A DNA stretch of 63,217 bases, the filler included, from Kipferlia bialata (taxonomy: Eukaryota), in NCBI GenBank assembly GCA_003568945.1. It is 5 parts of 4 records of this genome, joined end to end, with 100 filler letters (N's around TTAATTAATTAA, not from the genome) between each part and the next. Parts side by side here need not be neighbours in the genome. Positions count along the whole stretch, not along the records: positions 1 to 16,437 come from BDIP01000595.1; 4 more parts are not named here. One strand, written 5' to 3'. The notes below the pieces were generated by a model. That model worked only from the letters and a program-made list of their open reading frames with translations. It was not told the DNA's origin and ran no database searches. The translations under genes were made by a program, and so were the position numbers. How positions within the stretch are numbered: position 1 is the first letter of the stretch; each line of letters begins with the position of its first letter. This document shows, one piece after another, positions 1 to 13,054 of this stretch.

Positions 1-846
1 TAGTGCAGGGTCGATGTAGTGGATCTCCCTCAGATCCCCTGACTCTAACGCTAGGTGTGGACAGAAGAACGCTCCTCTACACCCGAATGTCTGGGTTGGC
101 AGCCAGCATACCTCATCTGAGATGGTATCATAAATAGACCAGTGCCAGAGCCGAGAACCAAGGCAGAAGAATGGAGTACAGACAACGAGATAGTGCCCAA
201 ATGCCATCATTTGAGAGACGTAACCTCCTACACCTCTCAGGGCCTTCCCAACAGACCTGTCTCCGCACTCAACCCATCCTAATCGGGGATCAAACGATAC
301 AAGCCGATAATCACCAGTGAGCGTATATGCCTGACCTCTCAGAGTTGGCAGAAACCCTGGAGAGTTTAGATTGATGGTAGGTGTATCAATGTGGAGGTTA
401 ACCCAGCCACTGTTGACTTGTTGCCGATCTAAGCACCATGTAGCCGCAGAGTGGTCTCCTTCGGGCCACACAGGTGGGTTAATTGTCACGTATACACAAC
501 TACCAAGAGAGAATGTGCTAGCAGTGGGTCTGTCTGTAGGCAATCGACCGTCTACAGTAAGATCAGACCTTGTCATAATGTCAAGAGGTACCAACCCCGA
601 GGACCGTGATAGATCCGTGAAGACCACTCTCGCCAGACACATGAACGGGTCCGTAACTGGGTGTGTCAATGGTCTCTCGCACAGAAGAGTCCCATCCTCC
701 TGCAGAGTCACTATGGTCCACCCGTATGTCATCCACCTGTTGGGTCCAATAGGCAGAGCACAGGGTCTCATGGGGCCACATGAATCAGTCTCCCAATCCG
801 CATAAGTCTGCTCCACAAAGATGGAAGGGAGTGTTGACGATTCCAT
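1..846 (-). CDS. Intronless degenerate kelch/beta-propeller-like protein, paralog A (3' end runs off window; absent from ORF track)
   Basis: Reverse complement from ATG at 846 reads MESSTLPSIFVEQTYADWETDSCGPMRPCALPIGPNRWMTYGWTIVTLQEDGTLL...HWSIYDTISDEVCWLPTQTFGCRGAFFCPHLALESGDLREIHYIDPAL, colinear with ORF 15589-16437. Blade-like motifs FSLGSCVYV and YDTIS. Fold call is inference. Confidence 0.8.
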   Translation of the reverse strand, partial: MESSTLPSIFVEQTYADWETDSCGPMRPCALPIGPNRWMTYGWTIVTLQEDGTLLCERPLTHPVTDPFMCLARVVFTDLSRSSGLVPLDIMTRSDLTVDGRLPTDRPTASTFSLGSCVYVTINPPVWPEGDHSAATWCLDRQQVNSGWVNLHIDTPTINLNSPGFLPTLRGQAYTLTGDYRLVSFDPRLGWVECGDRSVGKALRGVGGYVSQMMAFGHYLVVCTPFFCLGSRLWHWSIYDTISDEVCWLPTQTFGCRGAFFCPHLALESGDLREIHYIDPAL

Positions 847-1270
847 TATGTGGTGGAGGCTACTCAGAGCCGGCGTCTATGAAGGCACCTAAGGCTTAAT
901 TGTCGTTATTGGGTATTCCTTGACTGTACTGCTATAGGTCCTTAACTAGGGGGGGGGCGTCTGTCCAAGGTGAGGAGAGCAGACAGAGAATGGGACACCC
1001 TTTTGGGAATTGATACTGTAGAGTCACTGTAACATTCAGGGTGGGAGCCTCTGGTCCCCTAAGACATATTGTAGACTACTAGGATCATTGTACATCAATT
1101 GATACATGATGTACTGAGGCAAAGAGTGACATATAGGAGGGCTAGAGGATGTAGAATGAATTGGTGATAAATATTTTACTTGCAAAATAGATTGTTGTAC
1201 GTTGTCTATAGTATAGACTATATACTGATACTGACTGACAGACGTTGAGTCACAGGAGCATGGTCGACAT

Positions 1271-2551
1271 TTATCTTGGATTTGGGTACAAATTGCCATT
1301 GAATTGTATCTCTCTCTCCTTGTCACTCTCACTCTGGCTGGGACACCTCCACAAACTGGACTGGAACTCTCTTGCTCTCTGCCACAAGGCCAAACCCATT
1401 GTCAAACCTATCGTTAAGAGGACCATTCTTATATAGGTGGCAGTATCTGTGACAAGATATAAGATGTACAGTGTATAGGAATAGAGAGAGTGTACCTGGG
1501 CTCTATGTGAAGGACAGTGTCCACTGGGGGTCTTCTTCTCTCGGCCTCCCTTACCGACTTGGCTCTCTGCCTAGCCCGTGTAGTCAGTGTGTCATACTCT
1601 ACACCCTTAAGAGTCCCGTCACTCCTCCTCCTCCTTGGCCAGCCGGTGTCCTGTCTCCTCTCCTTACGGGGGGTCATATCTCCAAGAGACACAGCTCCGT
1701 CCTTCTTGTTTATCTCAACCACTTCCTTGTGGTTAGATGTAGTTATTGATCACTGCAAATCAATATGCATTACCATATAGTAATAGATACATAGTGTTTA
1801 TAGTCATCGGATGATGGGTTACCTCGGAGTGTCTTCTTCCAGCAGCGAAGGGAGCTGTCACCACCCTAGCCCCCCTCACCCCCCCTCTCTCTCTCTTGGT
1901 CGGTGTCTCCTTCTTACCCAGTCTGTCAATCACCCTACCCCTTACACCCCTCTCGTGCATACTCACATAGATGGGGTTAGTGTCTACCATGGGAACGACT
2001 GAACGCTGGGCATAGCGGGTGTACTCAGTGGGTGCAAGTCCCACAAGAGCAGCTGAGTAGGGGGTGGGGGCATTGGGAGTGGGAGCTGACGTGAATGCGA
2101 GGTATATGGAGTAGAGACATACTGTATAGAGTAGAGTAAGTATGTTCACATAGACAGTCAGGTACCTTGAGGTGTTGGTACAGGGGACCCTGGCACGTCG
2201 CAGTCTGGTATGTACACGTTGACTGACAGTCCTACACCCTCATTCACCTTGGACCTTGGTACAATCTTGGCAACACGAGGCACCTTGGAGTACTTGCGGC
2301 GCATGGTGCTAGTGCACCAGGGTGTGCCTAAGAGACGGACACCTGTGGCATTGGGTAGCAACGTGAGGCTTTGATGCTCTTGAAGGCATTATTATCAGTA
2401 TGCGACCAGCATTGATTGAGGGTATCAATCGCCTATCGTGTGTATGGGTTGGATGGGTAACACCAGAACGAACATACACTTCATATGTGCAGAGACCCTT
2501 ATATACGTCTCTCAGCCCGACTTTCGCGGTACTGACTGATACATGGGACAT
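1271..2551 (-). CDS. Hypothetical basic protein, multi-exon
   Basis: Open segments 2309-2551, 2158-2361, 1820-2100, 1496-1722 and 1271-1428 are mostly bounded by GT..AG. The last join reads ...VLHIEPR|MVLLTIGLTMGLALWQR...YPNPR*. No family recognised. Confidence 0.4.
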
Positions 2552-2789
2552 CTATTGATAATCGGGTGATTAATAGATATGTGTGAACCAGACTCATAAT
2601 GAACTCAGAAGTTCTGAGTCAGAACCAGGGTATCTCATCTTCTGTTGCACGACTCAGATAAGAGCAAAATATGTGGCATGTTTGGATGTGGGCACACTGC
2701 ACATTTCGGAGTATCGGCTACCGAAGTGTCTGTCACACAAACACTATAGTATAGGTATAGTTACTATGCCGTATAGTATGTATACGTAT

Positions 2790-4050
2790 CAGCAAAGATC
2801 GGACCCCAGCAGCAGTAGGCGCCTCTCCTGCTCTGCCTGTGCCACATCTCTCTCTCCCCTCTCCACGTGGTATAGCTGGGTTGTGGGATGGTCGCTGCTC
2901 CCTGCCGCAGACAGGACCTGGTGGTGTACGCATGGCCTTCTAGGTGGGAAGTAACATACATCGCTAGAAGAGGCTCTCTGACGAGTACTGTGGCTAAGAG
3001 GCCTCCTTGGTAGGTGCCCCTTCAAACCTTGAGGTGGCTTCTGGTTGCGTGTAGGCCTCTTCTCCCCCTTCCGCCTCCCACTCTTCTTGTGTGTTGGGTG
3101 TGACAGTCTCCTAGGCAGGGCAGGGGCTGGTCTGGTCTTGTGGGGGTACCTGGTATAAGTCACAGGTACAACGTAAATGCATATATATATAGGTACTTGG
3201 ATACACCCCTAGCGCAGGGATATAGTGCTATAGACATTGACATATATATAGGTACACACATAGGCTATATAAGAGAGATCAAATAGAAGCACTACTCTCA
3301 CTCACAATCACACATACATATACATACCTGGCAAAGGTGAGGGGTCCATGGGGGTTGGACACGACTGTACACTCCTTGGCCCCACCTGTTGTCTCACCAT
3401 GTCTCTCGATGTATCCCTTTCTATATACAGCCTGGGGAGCTGCGTCCTTTCTCCAGATACCGTTGACTACCCTACCACCACTAGCCAGCCTGACTCTCTC
3501 ACTGTCTCTCAGCTGCCGCTTGGGTGTCTTAGCGGCAAGCACTGGGTTTTCGTCATAGACATGCACTCCTCCCTCCAACTCAGTAGGGTCTTCTCTAGCA
3601 TACACTGCACTGCGTACCCCCTCAATAGGAAGTCTGGTGCAGTGATGGGTGGATGGGCGTGGGAGGCCTTGGGTGTGTCTGTTGACACGTAGTGAGGCAG
3701 GGGCACAGTTTGTTACAAACTGAGTTTGTAGGGGACTGCCTTCTCTTTGCAGACGCTGGTGTCAGATAGATTATATATACCAGTGCAAGAGTAGAAGGCA
3801 CACACGCAACAGATACTGTATTATGTACATGGTAGACAGTCATACATTGATCAGCTTATCGGATGCCTGTCACAGAAGCTTTACTCTGTGTCTGGGGAGA
3901 CATACAAACATAAGATACATTGGTACTTGGAACCACTCACCTTCTGCCAGGGACTCTTGTGGTACACCCTGTGGTGACGATGTGGGGCAGAGACACTCTG
4001 GGATGAAGAGGTCTATGGTGTCAAAGGACCTGCTGTGGTACATCGCTTGT
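2790..4050 (-). CDS. Hypothetical protein, multi-exon (structure uncertain)
   Basis: Exon-like GC-richer segments (about 3328-3597, 3617-3757, 2960-3150, 3940-4050) separated by AT-rich GT-AG introns. No recognisable motif. Confidence 0.3.
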
Positions 4051-4224
4051 CACACACTTATCACACACTTGTCACAAGCAGTTTGTGTCCCTATACTGGT
4101 ATAGAAAGCGCATGTACTGCATGCAGTTGATGCAAGTTTTGCGGTGGGTGTTGGACCGATATCCTATCTTAGTGAAGGGAGACCATATAATTATGAGGGT
4201 TTCAAGTGACAAACGAGTGAGCTT

Positions 4225-6873
4225 CTATTTCCTATCATGTCTCGCTCTCTCGTCCATGTATCTAACCATAGTCTCTAAGCACACTTCTGCCAGTAGAACA
4301 CATTGTCTGGCCAGATCCCTGGCTGACGCTCTCTCCCTCTCCTTCCTCCCTCTCTCCTCCTGCTGTGCTAACAGTCTATCCTCCCTAGCCTCAATCTCCT
4401 CGTCTGTCTGTTCAGCCATGGGAATAGGAATAAACGAACTCCCAGCACTTACATCAGCACTAATCTCTGGGTCTGCAGGTATAGACTCACTCAGCTCCAC
4501 AGGGGTCACCTCATGCTCTGGGTGTCTGGCTGTATAGGCACCTGTGGTTACGCCTATCACTCCCTCTGAAGACGAAGGCTGGGGGACCTTAGTATCATAA
4601 TAGACACCACACCCAGCGAGAAGAGCAGAGCGCCGACAAAGCCTAGTGTCAGTATCCGATAGAATAGTGTATGTCTCATATCGAAGTAGGTATGGATGGG
4701 TTATACCTCACAGCCTCTCTAGCCCCCTCTACCCAGGGACATAGAGAGATAGAATGGTCAGGTCTCAGAGTGTGGTTGTTGTCACTATGGGTATCTACCC
4801 ACAGTCTGTGTATCACTCTAGCCAGGGTGGTTGATAGCACAACACACTCATGAAGGGGGGAGTCGTGGAGGAGGGGGAGCTGACGTATTAGAAACACACA
4901 CGTGTACATGTTGAGTCATATGTTATGCACTACTCATCCCATGTGTCCAAATGATGTAAGTATCGAGGATGCAGTAGTATGTCTAAGTGAGTGTACGTGA
5001 TATATGTGTATATTTACTCACCCCCATGGCTGTATCTGCCACTGCCTCTCCATAAATGTCACTTAGCCAAAGCCAGTAGCCAAGAGGGGCAGTGGAGCGT
5101 TGGCCTGGAGATTAATACAACAGAGCATAGAGATGACTATATATGATTGTCTGTGTACTGTTCCATCTGTTGGTCTTGCAGCCACTACTATGTACACAGA
5201 AGAGCATTCTAACTGCTAAGAGTGTATTGCTATGGAATAGTAACTCACTATTCAAAACAATGGCTTGGTATACCTATAACAGCCTTTGTGACCTCCACCA
5301 CTGCGACATAGGCATACACACCACATCGCATGAACAACCTGGCTTTAGACTTGGTACTGTACCAGAACGCTAAGCTAGAATTCCATTTATTGCTACATAG
5401 ACATAGCTGAATGTTTGGTGTCTACCTTGCTGTCTCGGGTCTCATGAACTGGTTCCCAGTGCCCATGTCGGGTAGTCTAAAGGTGAACATAGTATGACGG
5501 TTATATACGTCTACCGATCGATTGACCCATATCCAGGTCAATACATATATACCTGCACCCTGCTGACTTGCCAAGCTTTACGTCCAGCACTGGATCATCA
5601 GGATTGCAGCAAGTGATACCTACGGTTAGTTACACCAGCAAGAGTACTTGTGGACTGAGTTTGAATACAAGATGTATATTAATATATGAAACCTATATAC
5701 TATAATCATACCTGTCGTAGCCTGTCTGCATAGAGATCCAGCCCTTGGTACCAGCCAGAACCACATGACCTCCTTGTCATCTATATCTGGGTCACGATGC
5801 ATCATACTCCCACTATCGCTAATGTAAGCACCATCTCCTAATGGTTCCAACCCTGGCTCTGATCTCTCCTGGGAGAGTGACTCTGGAGAAGCCATTGCAC
5901 TCTCTACCAACAACCTCTTATTGACAGCCGATACAGTGGCTGGCCGTACACCTAGACCAGACAGACGCCTTACTAATGCTTGTGACGCATTGGCGAAACC
6001 AAAGGTCCTACGAACAGCTGGAATGAGTGAATGGGGGATAACACACTCATAAAGTAATTAACCTATAGTGTAGTGTTAGTGTATATATACTCCTAACCTC
6101 TTCGCCCTCTGATAGCCTTTCCCTGCTTGTCCCACAGGTCAGTGTTATCTAGCAGCTCCCGACTGGGGGTAAGAGTGCCAAAACACGTGATATTCTATAT
6201 ATATGATTGCTAATATCATATACCTGTATTGTAGCACCCCACCCCTCACTCGCTCCCTAGTCATAGAGAGAGTGGATGCAGCCCTAGGACGTGACTTGAG
6301 CAGCATTCCTTGGGGTAAGTGCCAAATGCCCAATAGTGTAGGCGACCAACGACAATGTGCCCGCAATCATAACATTCTCATTACACCAAGACACACAATT
6401 GTATAATCACAGTGGATGAATGATACTTCATACCTCTACTGGTGTCGGCCATAGACACGACAGCCAGCCAACTGCGCTCATTCCATATTGACACCCTGAA
6501 CAGTGAGACTTCCAGCGCAGATACACACTCAAAGCCAGATTGGTTAGAGCAACCAAGTGCCATTAGCAAATTGTATGGGTCGGTTCATTTAAGATATACC
6601 CCACCTCCTGCCCTCTAGGTGTCTCACTGTCATGTGACTTCTGGTGTCTAGACTGTGCTCCATGGGTACCAGAGTTGTAGTGCGGGCTGCAGTCACGACC
6701 TGATAGTAAGGAGTGGGGCAGAACGAGTAGCTCATATATGAAAAGACACAGGATATGTATATTTGTAGTTCCCCTATATTCTCTTGGTTGTGGTATTTAG
6801 TGAAAGTCTTACCTGTCCTGCCAGTCTGCGTCTCTGTCTCTGAGTCCTCGGTAACTGTGGTGAGGACCGACAT
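4225..6873 (-). CDS. Hypothetical protein of roughly 500 aa with a possible T5orf172/GIY-YIG-like motif
   Basis: About 12 exons splice in frame: ...EVMWFWLVPRAG...TTG|ITCCNPDDPVLDVKLGKSAGCR|LPDMGTGNQFMRPETAS|LAFWYSTK...|...RHDRK*. Start is either 6873 or the ATG at about 6663. Nuclease similarity is by eye only. Confidence 0.55.
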
Positions 6874-6966
6874 CCATAAGAGATCGTAAAGTACTTGTAA
6901 GGAAAATGTGTCGCTGCTACTCTAACTGCCCTGTATTCATATCATCCTTCTCTAAGAGAACTTCCC

Positions 6967-9900
6967 TTAGAGAAGTTCTCTTCCCCCCCCTCCCCCTATA
7001 TACGCATAAATGTAAGCCTAATGCCATGTGGGTAGAGACAGGTCTCTCCCAATGTATATATGTGTACATGTATCTGTGTGTAACTGTATACCCACCTGCC
7101 CTGTGTTTAGATCCTCATCTGAGCTCAGACACTGCACACAAGCCTAACGTGAGAGACTCATATACAATTATGTTGATATGTTTATGTATATGGAGTGTCC
7201 ACACCTGCAGCAAGGCACGGTCCTTCAGTCTCTGCTCCTTTTCCGACACAATGTTATCTCTCTCCGTCTCGGCCTCTGCCTCTGTCTCTGCAGCATCTTC
7301 ACTCGGTATCCTAGGCTGAACTTCCTTGGCTGCTACCTGGATAACGGGGGTCAGGGGTGCCTTCTTCTCGGATTTGTGGGGCGGTGCACTATGCTCTGTA
7401 TGTTAGTACCCCTAGCATTATATTATTAAGCCCATTTAGATGCAAATCCGGAGTTTACATCTGGTGGTTCGACTACCATTAAGTACAATGTACCTTCTAG
7501 ATATGCAAGTGAGGAAGGCAGTGTCACTGATGTTTCCATATCAAGTCTCTCTGAGGCCTTGATCAGCACTGAGGTGAGAGTTGACACATATATATATCAT
7601 GTATGTATATGCATGTCACTCTGGTTCTCTATGATATACACTACTATGTACTATAGGGGAGACAAACAACTTCTACGTACTCAGTGCAAGAACCTGCCCG
7701 CTCTGTCTAGGGGCTGCATCTACCACAAGAGTGGGGTATCTGATACGTCAGTGTACATACCCAAGAGATCTCCAGACAAGTATGGGAAAGAGGCATGTTC
7801 TACAATTCAACACCTATCTTTAACCATCTGGACCCAACTGGCTGTATTGTCTGCATGGTACCCATCGGCTAGAAACACAGCGGGTAACTTCTCCATAAAC
7901 TCATCGAGCTCAGGTCTGGGAGTGAGACTATCCTGAGGAAATAGTACATTGCATAGTGTGTATTTTACGTACCTCGTTCGAGGGGCACCGGGTATGAGGT
8001 TGAATCTACTCGTCAACAGTCGTCCCTGTATATACTTCCACCGAGTTGTCGCAGGCTGCAAGAGCAGAATGATGGTGACTAGAGTCAGACTATGCAAAGG
8101 ACAAACATTTATATTCAGTTAGCGTACAGTAATCTTGGTATTTACACAACATTCCTACCTGCCAAGATTGTGGCTCCTGTAACTAAGACGGCCAGACAAA
8201 AGGAACCATTATACCCAAGGCCAGTGACTCCCCTATTTGTAAGATAGTATAAATGGAATACAAGAGTGCCAGGTAACCTCTATGCACTACCTGTTGATTC
8301 TTTGTGCAAAAGAATATACTTGTACGTTAATGCCATGGACAGATACTCTACACCTTTCTATCCAGATGACTTACCAGAACAGAAAGAACTCCCCAACAAA
8401 GAGTCCAGCAATGACGGCAATCATAAGAACGTCCTTCCAGTACAGAGCAATCACGTTACTGAGTGTTAGAGAGGGATGGTGTGATTAGGTATATATTACA
8501 TATACTACAAAAGTACCCACACTCTGTCTACACAATATACTAGAGAGACATCCATCCAGTAAGTGATACATAATGGTGATAATGAGTCAGGGCACAAGAA
8601 CTGTAGACATAGATATGCCTCTGCAATGCAGGGCTTGCGTTGACTTGTTCCCATATTCTCACCTCTGAGGGAACACCCATGCCCCTAGATTCACACTAAA
8701 GAAAGACACAAGAGAGGCAACGCCGCCCATGGAGCCCTGTATATTAGGTCTTCAACTAAGAAACGATGAATGGAATTGATACTGCTACTTGGCCATTGTG
8801 AACACAGATTCGCTCGTTCTCTTCCTATCCAATGTATACAGTCAGATCACTAGCAGGAATGTACCATGAGGCAATTTCCCCTACATCCCGTACCTGCACC
8901 CTCCCCATCTGGTGTGCAATAGCCGCCCCACTGACTGCTATGGCAGTGACCAGCCTCAAGTCCTTCAGCCAGGGTAGGTGGAGCTGGTGTTATTGATGCC
9001 TCATATATGGCTGAAAACACTCCTATAACTGGAAACACAGCCGTAGGAGGACTCCATATAGGTATGCATGTTCTAAACGTATATACTTGGTACCTCTGGC
9101 ACTGTGTCTGCAGGTGGGTCCAGTTCATCTGCCCTGAACTGATGCAGGGTACCACCGTGCTTGCCTAGCTCAATCATGGATCTGCACGTAAAAATGAATG
9201 ATTGCTAAACGCTGTTAAGTATACGCCTAAGTACCAGTCAACTGGAGTGTATGCACTCTGACCCCTACCTCAAACTGTCCTCTGCCACGTATGACGTGTG
9301 ACACACAATGTGGAACCTGACTGTAAGTCAAAGACATCTACATATATTGTAATTGAATGAATACAACACTGATTGCTATATTTGAGTGGATTGACACTAC
9401 TCTCGCAAGTTGAGGGAGGTGCGACACCTGCTATCTAAGTCACGTAACCGCCGGGACTTGTTGAAGGAGAACTCGTCAAAGGGAGTCTCAGGGTCGTTGA
9501 AGAAGGAGCGGTGGATGGATCCCCTACGGTCATCAATATGATATCGCCATATTCATTGATAACATATTTACTGTGCATTATAAATAGAAGTAGATACCTA
9601 TATAGCCTGTGTGCCCCCTTGTCCCTGAGTATCGCAATGAGGTCATGATATATACCTATACTATTGTACTATAGTATACTTTCTTGTACCTATACAGTCT
9701 ATGCGCCCCCTTGTCCCTGAGCATTGCTATGAGGGGATAGGCTATCAGGACCATGATCATGGCCCAGTCAAAGCCTGCAATTAATGTTTTAATAATATTG
9801 TATGTATATTATATGTATGTTAATGTATTTGGGATCCATGATGATTAATACCCAGGATCATCAAAGCCAAACGTTAGAGAGCAGAAAGAGAAAAGAGAAC

Positions 9901-12686
9901 AAGAATACCAACTACGACGAACATGTTGATGGAGGCAGAGATAGCACCGCACTCATTCACAGGACCCTAAATGTATGGAATGTAGAGAAAGACAAAGGAT
10001 TACCTATGATATCTGAGAACGGATCGATGGTTGTATCCTCGTCCTGACCCAGTTCACCAGAGTACTCTAGCATCCTGAGACTGGTGACTAGACCTAGGGC
10101 AAAGACAACTAGGATGATGGACCAGTCTGGATGTGAGGAGGGACACATTGATGTATATATATAGTAACCCCGGGAACAGAGCATGAAGGGGAAGTATTGT
10201 ATCTGAAAATGCCCTAGAGGACAGTGTGGTACAATTTCAAGTGTATTACTGACTTGGTATACTTACCGGTGAAGGAGAACAGTCTCAGCAGAATGATGCC
10301 AGTCGCTATCATCAGACCCATTAGTACCCAGATCAGGGCCTGGGGTTGAGAAGAATTAAGAGAGAATGAATTGAGAATGAATTCACCAAAGTCTTTGAAC
10401 AGAGTCTCTTAACGTTCCCTATTGGAAATTTACTCCTGACTTACCGAGATCGGTGATACATCAGTGTCTCCTAGGACATTCACGTATCGAGTCATGTAGT
10501 ACATGGCGAGAACAAGGCTAACCTATGCATTAGGACTTTTGGTTTGGGAGTGCAATATACGTCACTGTTCCAATGCTAAATTGGTATACATCATAAGTGT
10601 ACTGCTTACCATGGACACGGCTATCAGAGTTTGAGTGGCGGCCTTGTACAGGTTGGTGAGTTTGTATGATCGGAGCCAGAACCTGTGCTTAGGGTCGGTA
10701 CGATATATTGTCTGTGACGGTCCAGAAGAGAGACTATGGACTACTATATATACAATATATATCAGAGTTGCACTGTGGTACTATGTGCAAATAGTGGATT
10801 AATAGCTACATACCTAATATCTCCTAGATACTTCACCATCACAGCCAGGATTGCTGTGGCAACTGCAAATATGATTGCAAAGACCAGAAAGCCAACGAAG
10901 GCTGCGGCCTCAGTTACAGGTCTGATGGTTAGGCATGACCAGAGTAACTAAAGAGGTTGATATCACAAACATAACGTATCGAGAGAGGCAATTTATGCCA
11001 GAAATTGCCTTCTTGTTGATGGTTTGATGACTGAAAAATGACGCTATATTATAGCTGACGCTCTCCTCTAATGATTCAGATTGTTTTCCGTTGGCAGAGT
11101 ACCTGAGTCCAAACCAGTCGAACAGCACAACAATCAGGGCAGCACTGAATGTGTAGACAATACTGATGGCAAGGATGACAAACAGACACACTGGGATGAG
11201 CAGAGAAGAATCACACATTCTTGCATTGGTGTGGAAGGCACACGTCCAGAGATAATGAGGGGGAGAGAGTAGGGGACAAGTACTATGTACCTAGTAGGAA
11301 GACCCATAAGGTAAACCACCAAAATCTAGGCCACGTACCGGTTAGCTGGAGAGTGAGTATATCGTATAGTGTACACCATACACTCTCGTCTGTGAATACA
11401 TATATATAGCACATCGCACATACATAGTTCGGGTTGCTCATGACTCTGTTCACCACTTTGTCTAGCTCAGGATCAAGATCCACGCTCCTCTCTGTTACGT
11501 CCTCCATCGGCTCACCAGTAGTACTATCACCACTATCCACTCCACCCTCTATCGGCTCATTTCCCACACCGGCACTCACACTACTCACACTGGTCTCCTC
11601 TGATTTTGAAGGGCTATCCCTTACATATAGGTCAGGGGTCCTCATTGAAACTGTAGACTCTGGTGCACTGGGTTGACTGGATAGAGAGGCACTCGCTGCA
11701 AGAGCAGAGGTAGGTACACGAATTGGAGAGGGAGAGGGAGATCCTTGTTCCTCTCTAGCAGCGGCACTGTCGAAGAGAGCACCTGCCAGGAATCCACCAC
11801 CTAGAGGTCAGTAACCCCCAGACTGTGTTTACACACATCGATATATATCTATGGTATTCGTACTGTTGTGAAACCATATACACATTCTCACTACCTGACT
11901 CTGATGACACATTCTGCACAGTCAGGGACTCGAACACTGTTCTTATACATAGCGGGATAGTAGTCGTATATGTGCTGTATATAGTGTGTATGATTGTTTG
12001 GTACATGACACAATATATATTAGATTGAGAGTATGTCCAGTACCTGACACTGATGACACGTGCTGCACGGTCAGTGACTCATCTGTATCTGGGTCCATGT
12101 CACCCCCCTCAGCTATGAGAGTACGGGCCTGGTTCATGGCTGACAGAACACCTGGGTGTTAGACATTGTAATTGAAGAGAGAAACTCGTGTATTATACAA
12201 AGTACATCTACTAGACAACATCTATGAGAGTGCAGGCCTGGTTCAGAGGAGATAGGAAGCCTGTGTTACTAGAGATACATCATATATGTGTATCAATAAG
12301 TATGACAGTGGGTAGGTATCATAGCAGGAGACTGGTTCATAGCAGAGCGGGCACCTGTGTGTGGGAATGGGTGGGTATACTCTAAATACAGAGTATATAT
12401 CATCAGGTGTAATCTTAGAACCACTCTGGTTCAGAGTAGAGAACTTCTGTTGGTGACACATGACAATACACATTGTACCAATAGTATAGTAACTATATAT
12501 CAGAGAAGCTGTGTGATGTATATTTCCATTACTGCCTTTTGGGTTATATGTGGATCAATACTTATACATGATGAAATGTACTAGAATGTATTGTGACTGT
12601 AGAATAGGTGTTATGTTCACTATCATCCCACCTGCCAGGAAGCATGCAGACCTCACACCCCCACCGGATGCAGCGATGTTTGGCAT
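6967..12686 (-). CDS. Patatin/cPLA2-like phospholipase with multiple transmembrane helices
   Basis: Spliced model: MPNIAASGGGVRSACFLAG (Gly-rich oxyanion loop), VQHVSSVSG|GGFLAGALF (nucleophile Ser), many hydrophobic exons at 8160-11320, SLVSFFSVNLGAWV at about 8680-8720, and VFLADGYHADNT (catalytic Asp, DGG-like) at about 7845-7880. Confidence 0.8.
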
Positions 12687-13054
12687 CTATCAATCTATCA
12701 ACCAGGGCGTGACACTGCTTTCTCTAGCCACGAGTCTGATGATCCGTCCGCTTACAGGTAGAGAGGGAAGTCAACCTCAGGCAGTCACTGTAGAGAGACT
12801 TGAAGCAATCCTGTCTTGATGCTTTCAATGGGTCAACAGTAACTGTTCAGAGAATGAAGTAGTGGGGAAATCCGCGGTAAGTCACTGTAACTACAGTAAG
12901 CTGTGGAGGCTGTAGACATATCTGACTGTGACATAGTTCAGGCCCAGCTCTTCAACCACTTGTTCCCAACGCTTTCTGAAGTCAGAGTCATTAACACAGT
13001 GATACGCACAGTAGTTCCAACACTACAAACGCATTGAGCGTTCGTCTCCTTCCT

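Noticed and set aside
371..805. 144-aa plus-strand ORF
   Set aside because: It is the antisense shadow of the minus-strand paralog at 1-846.
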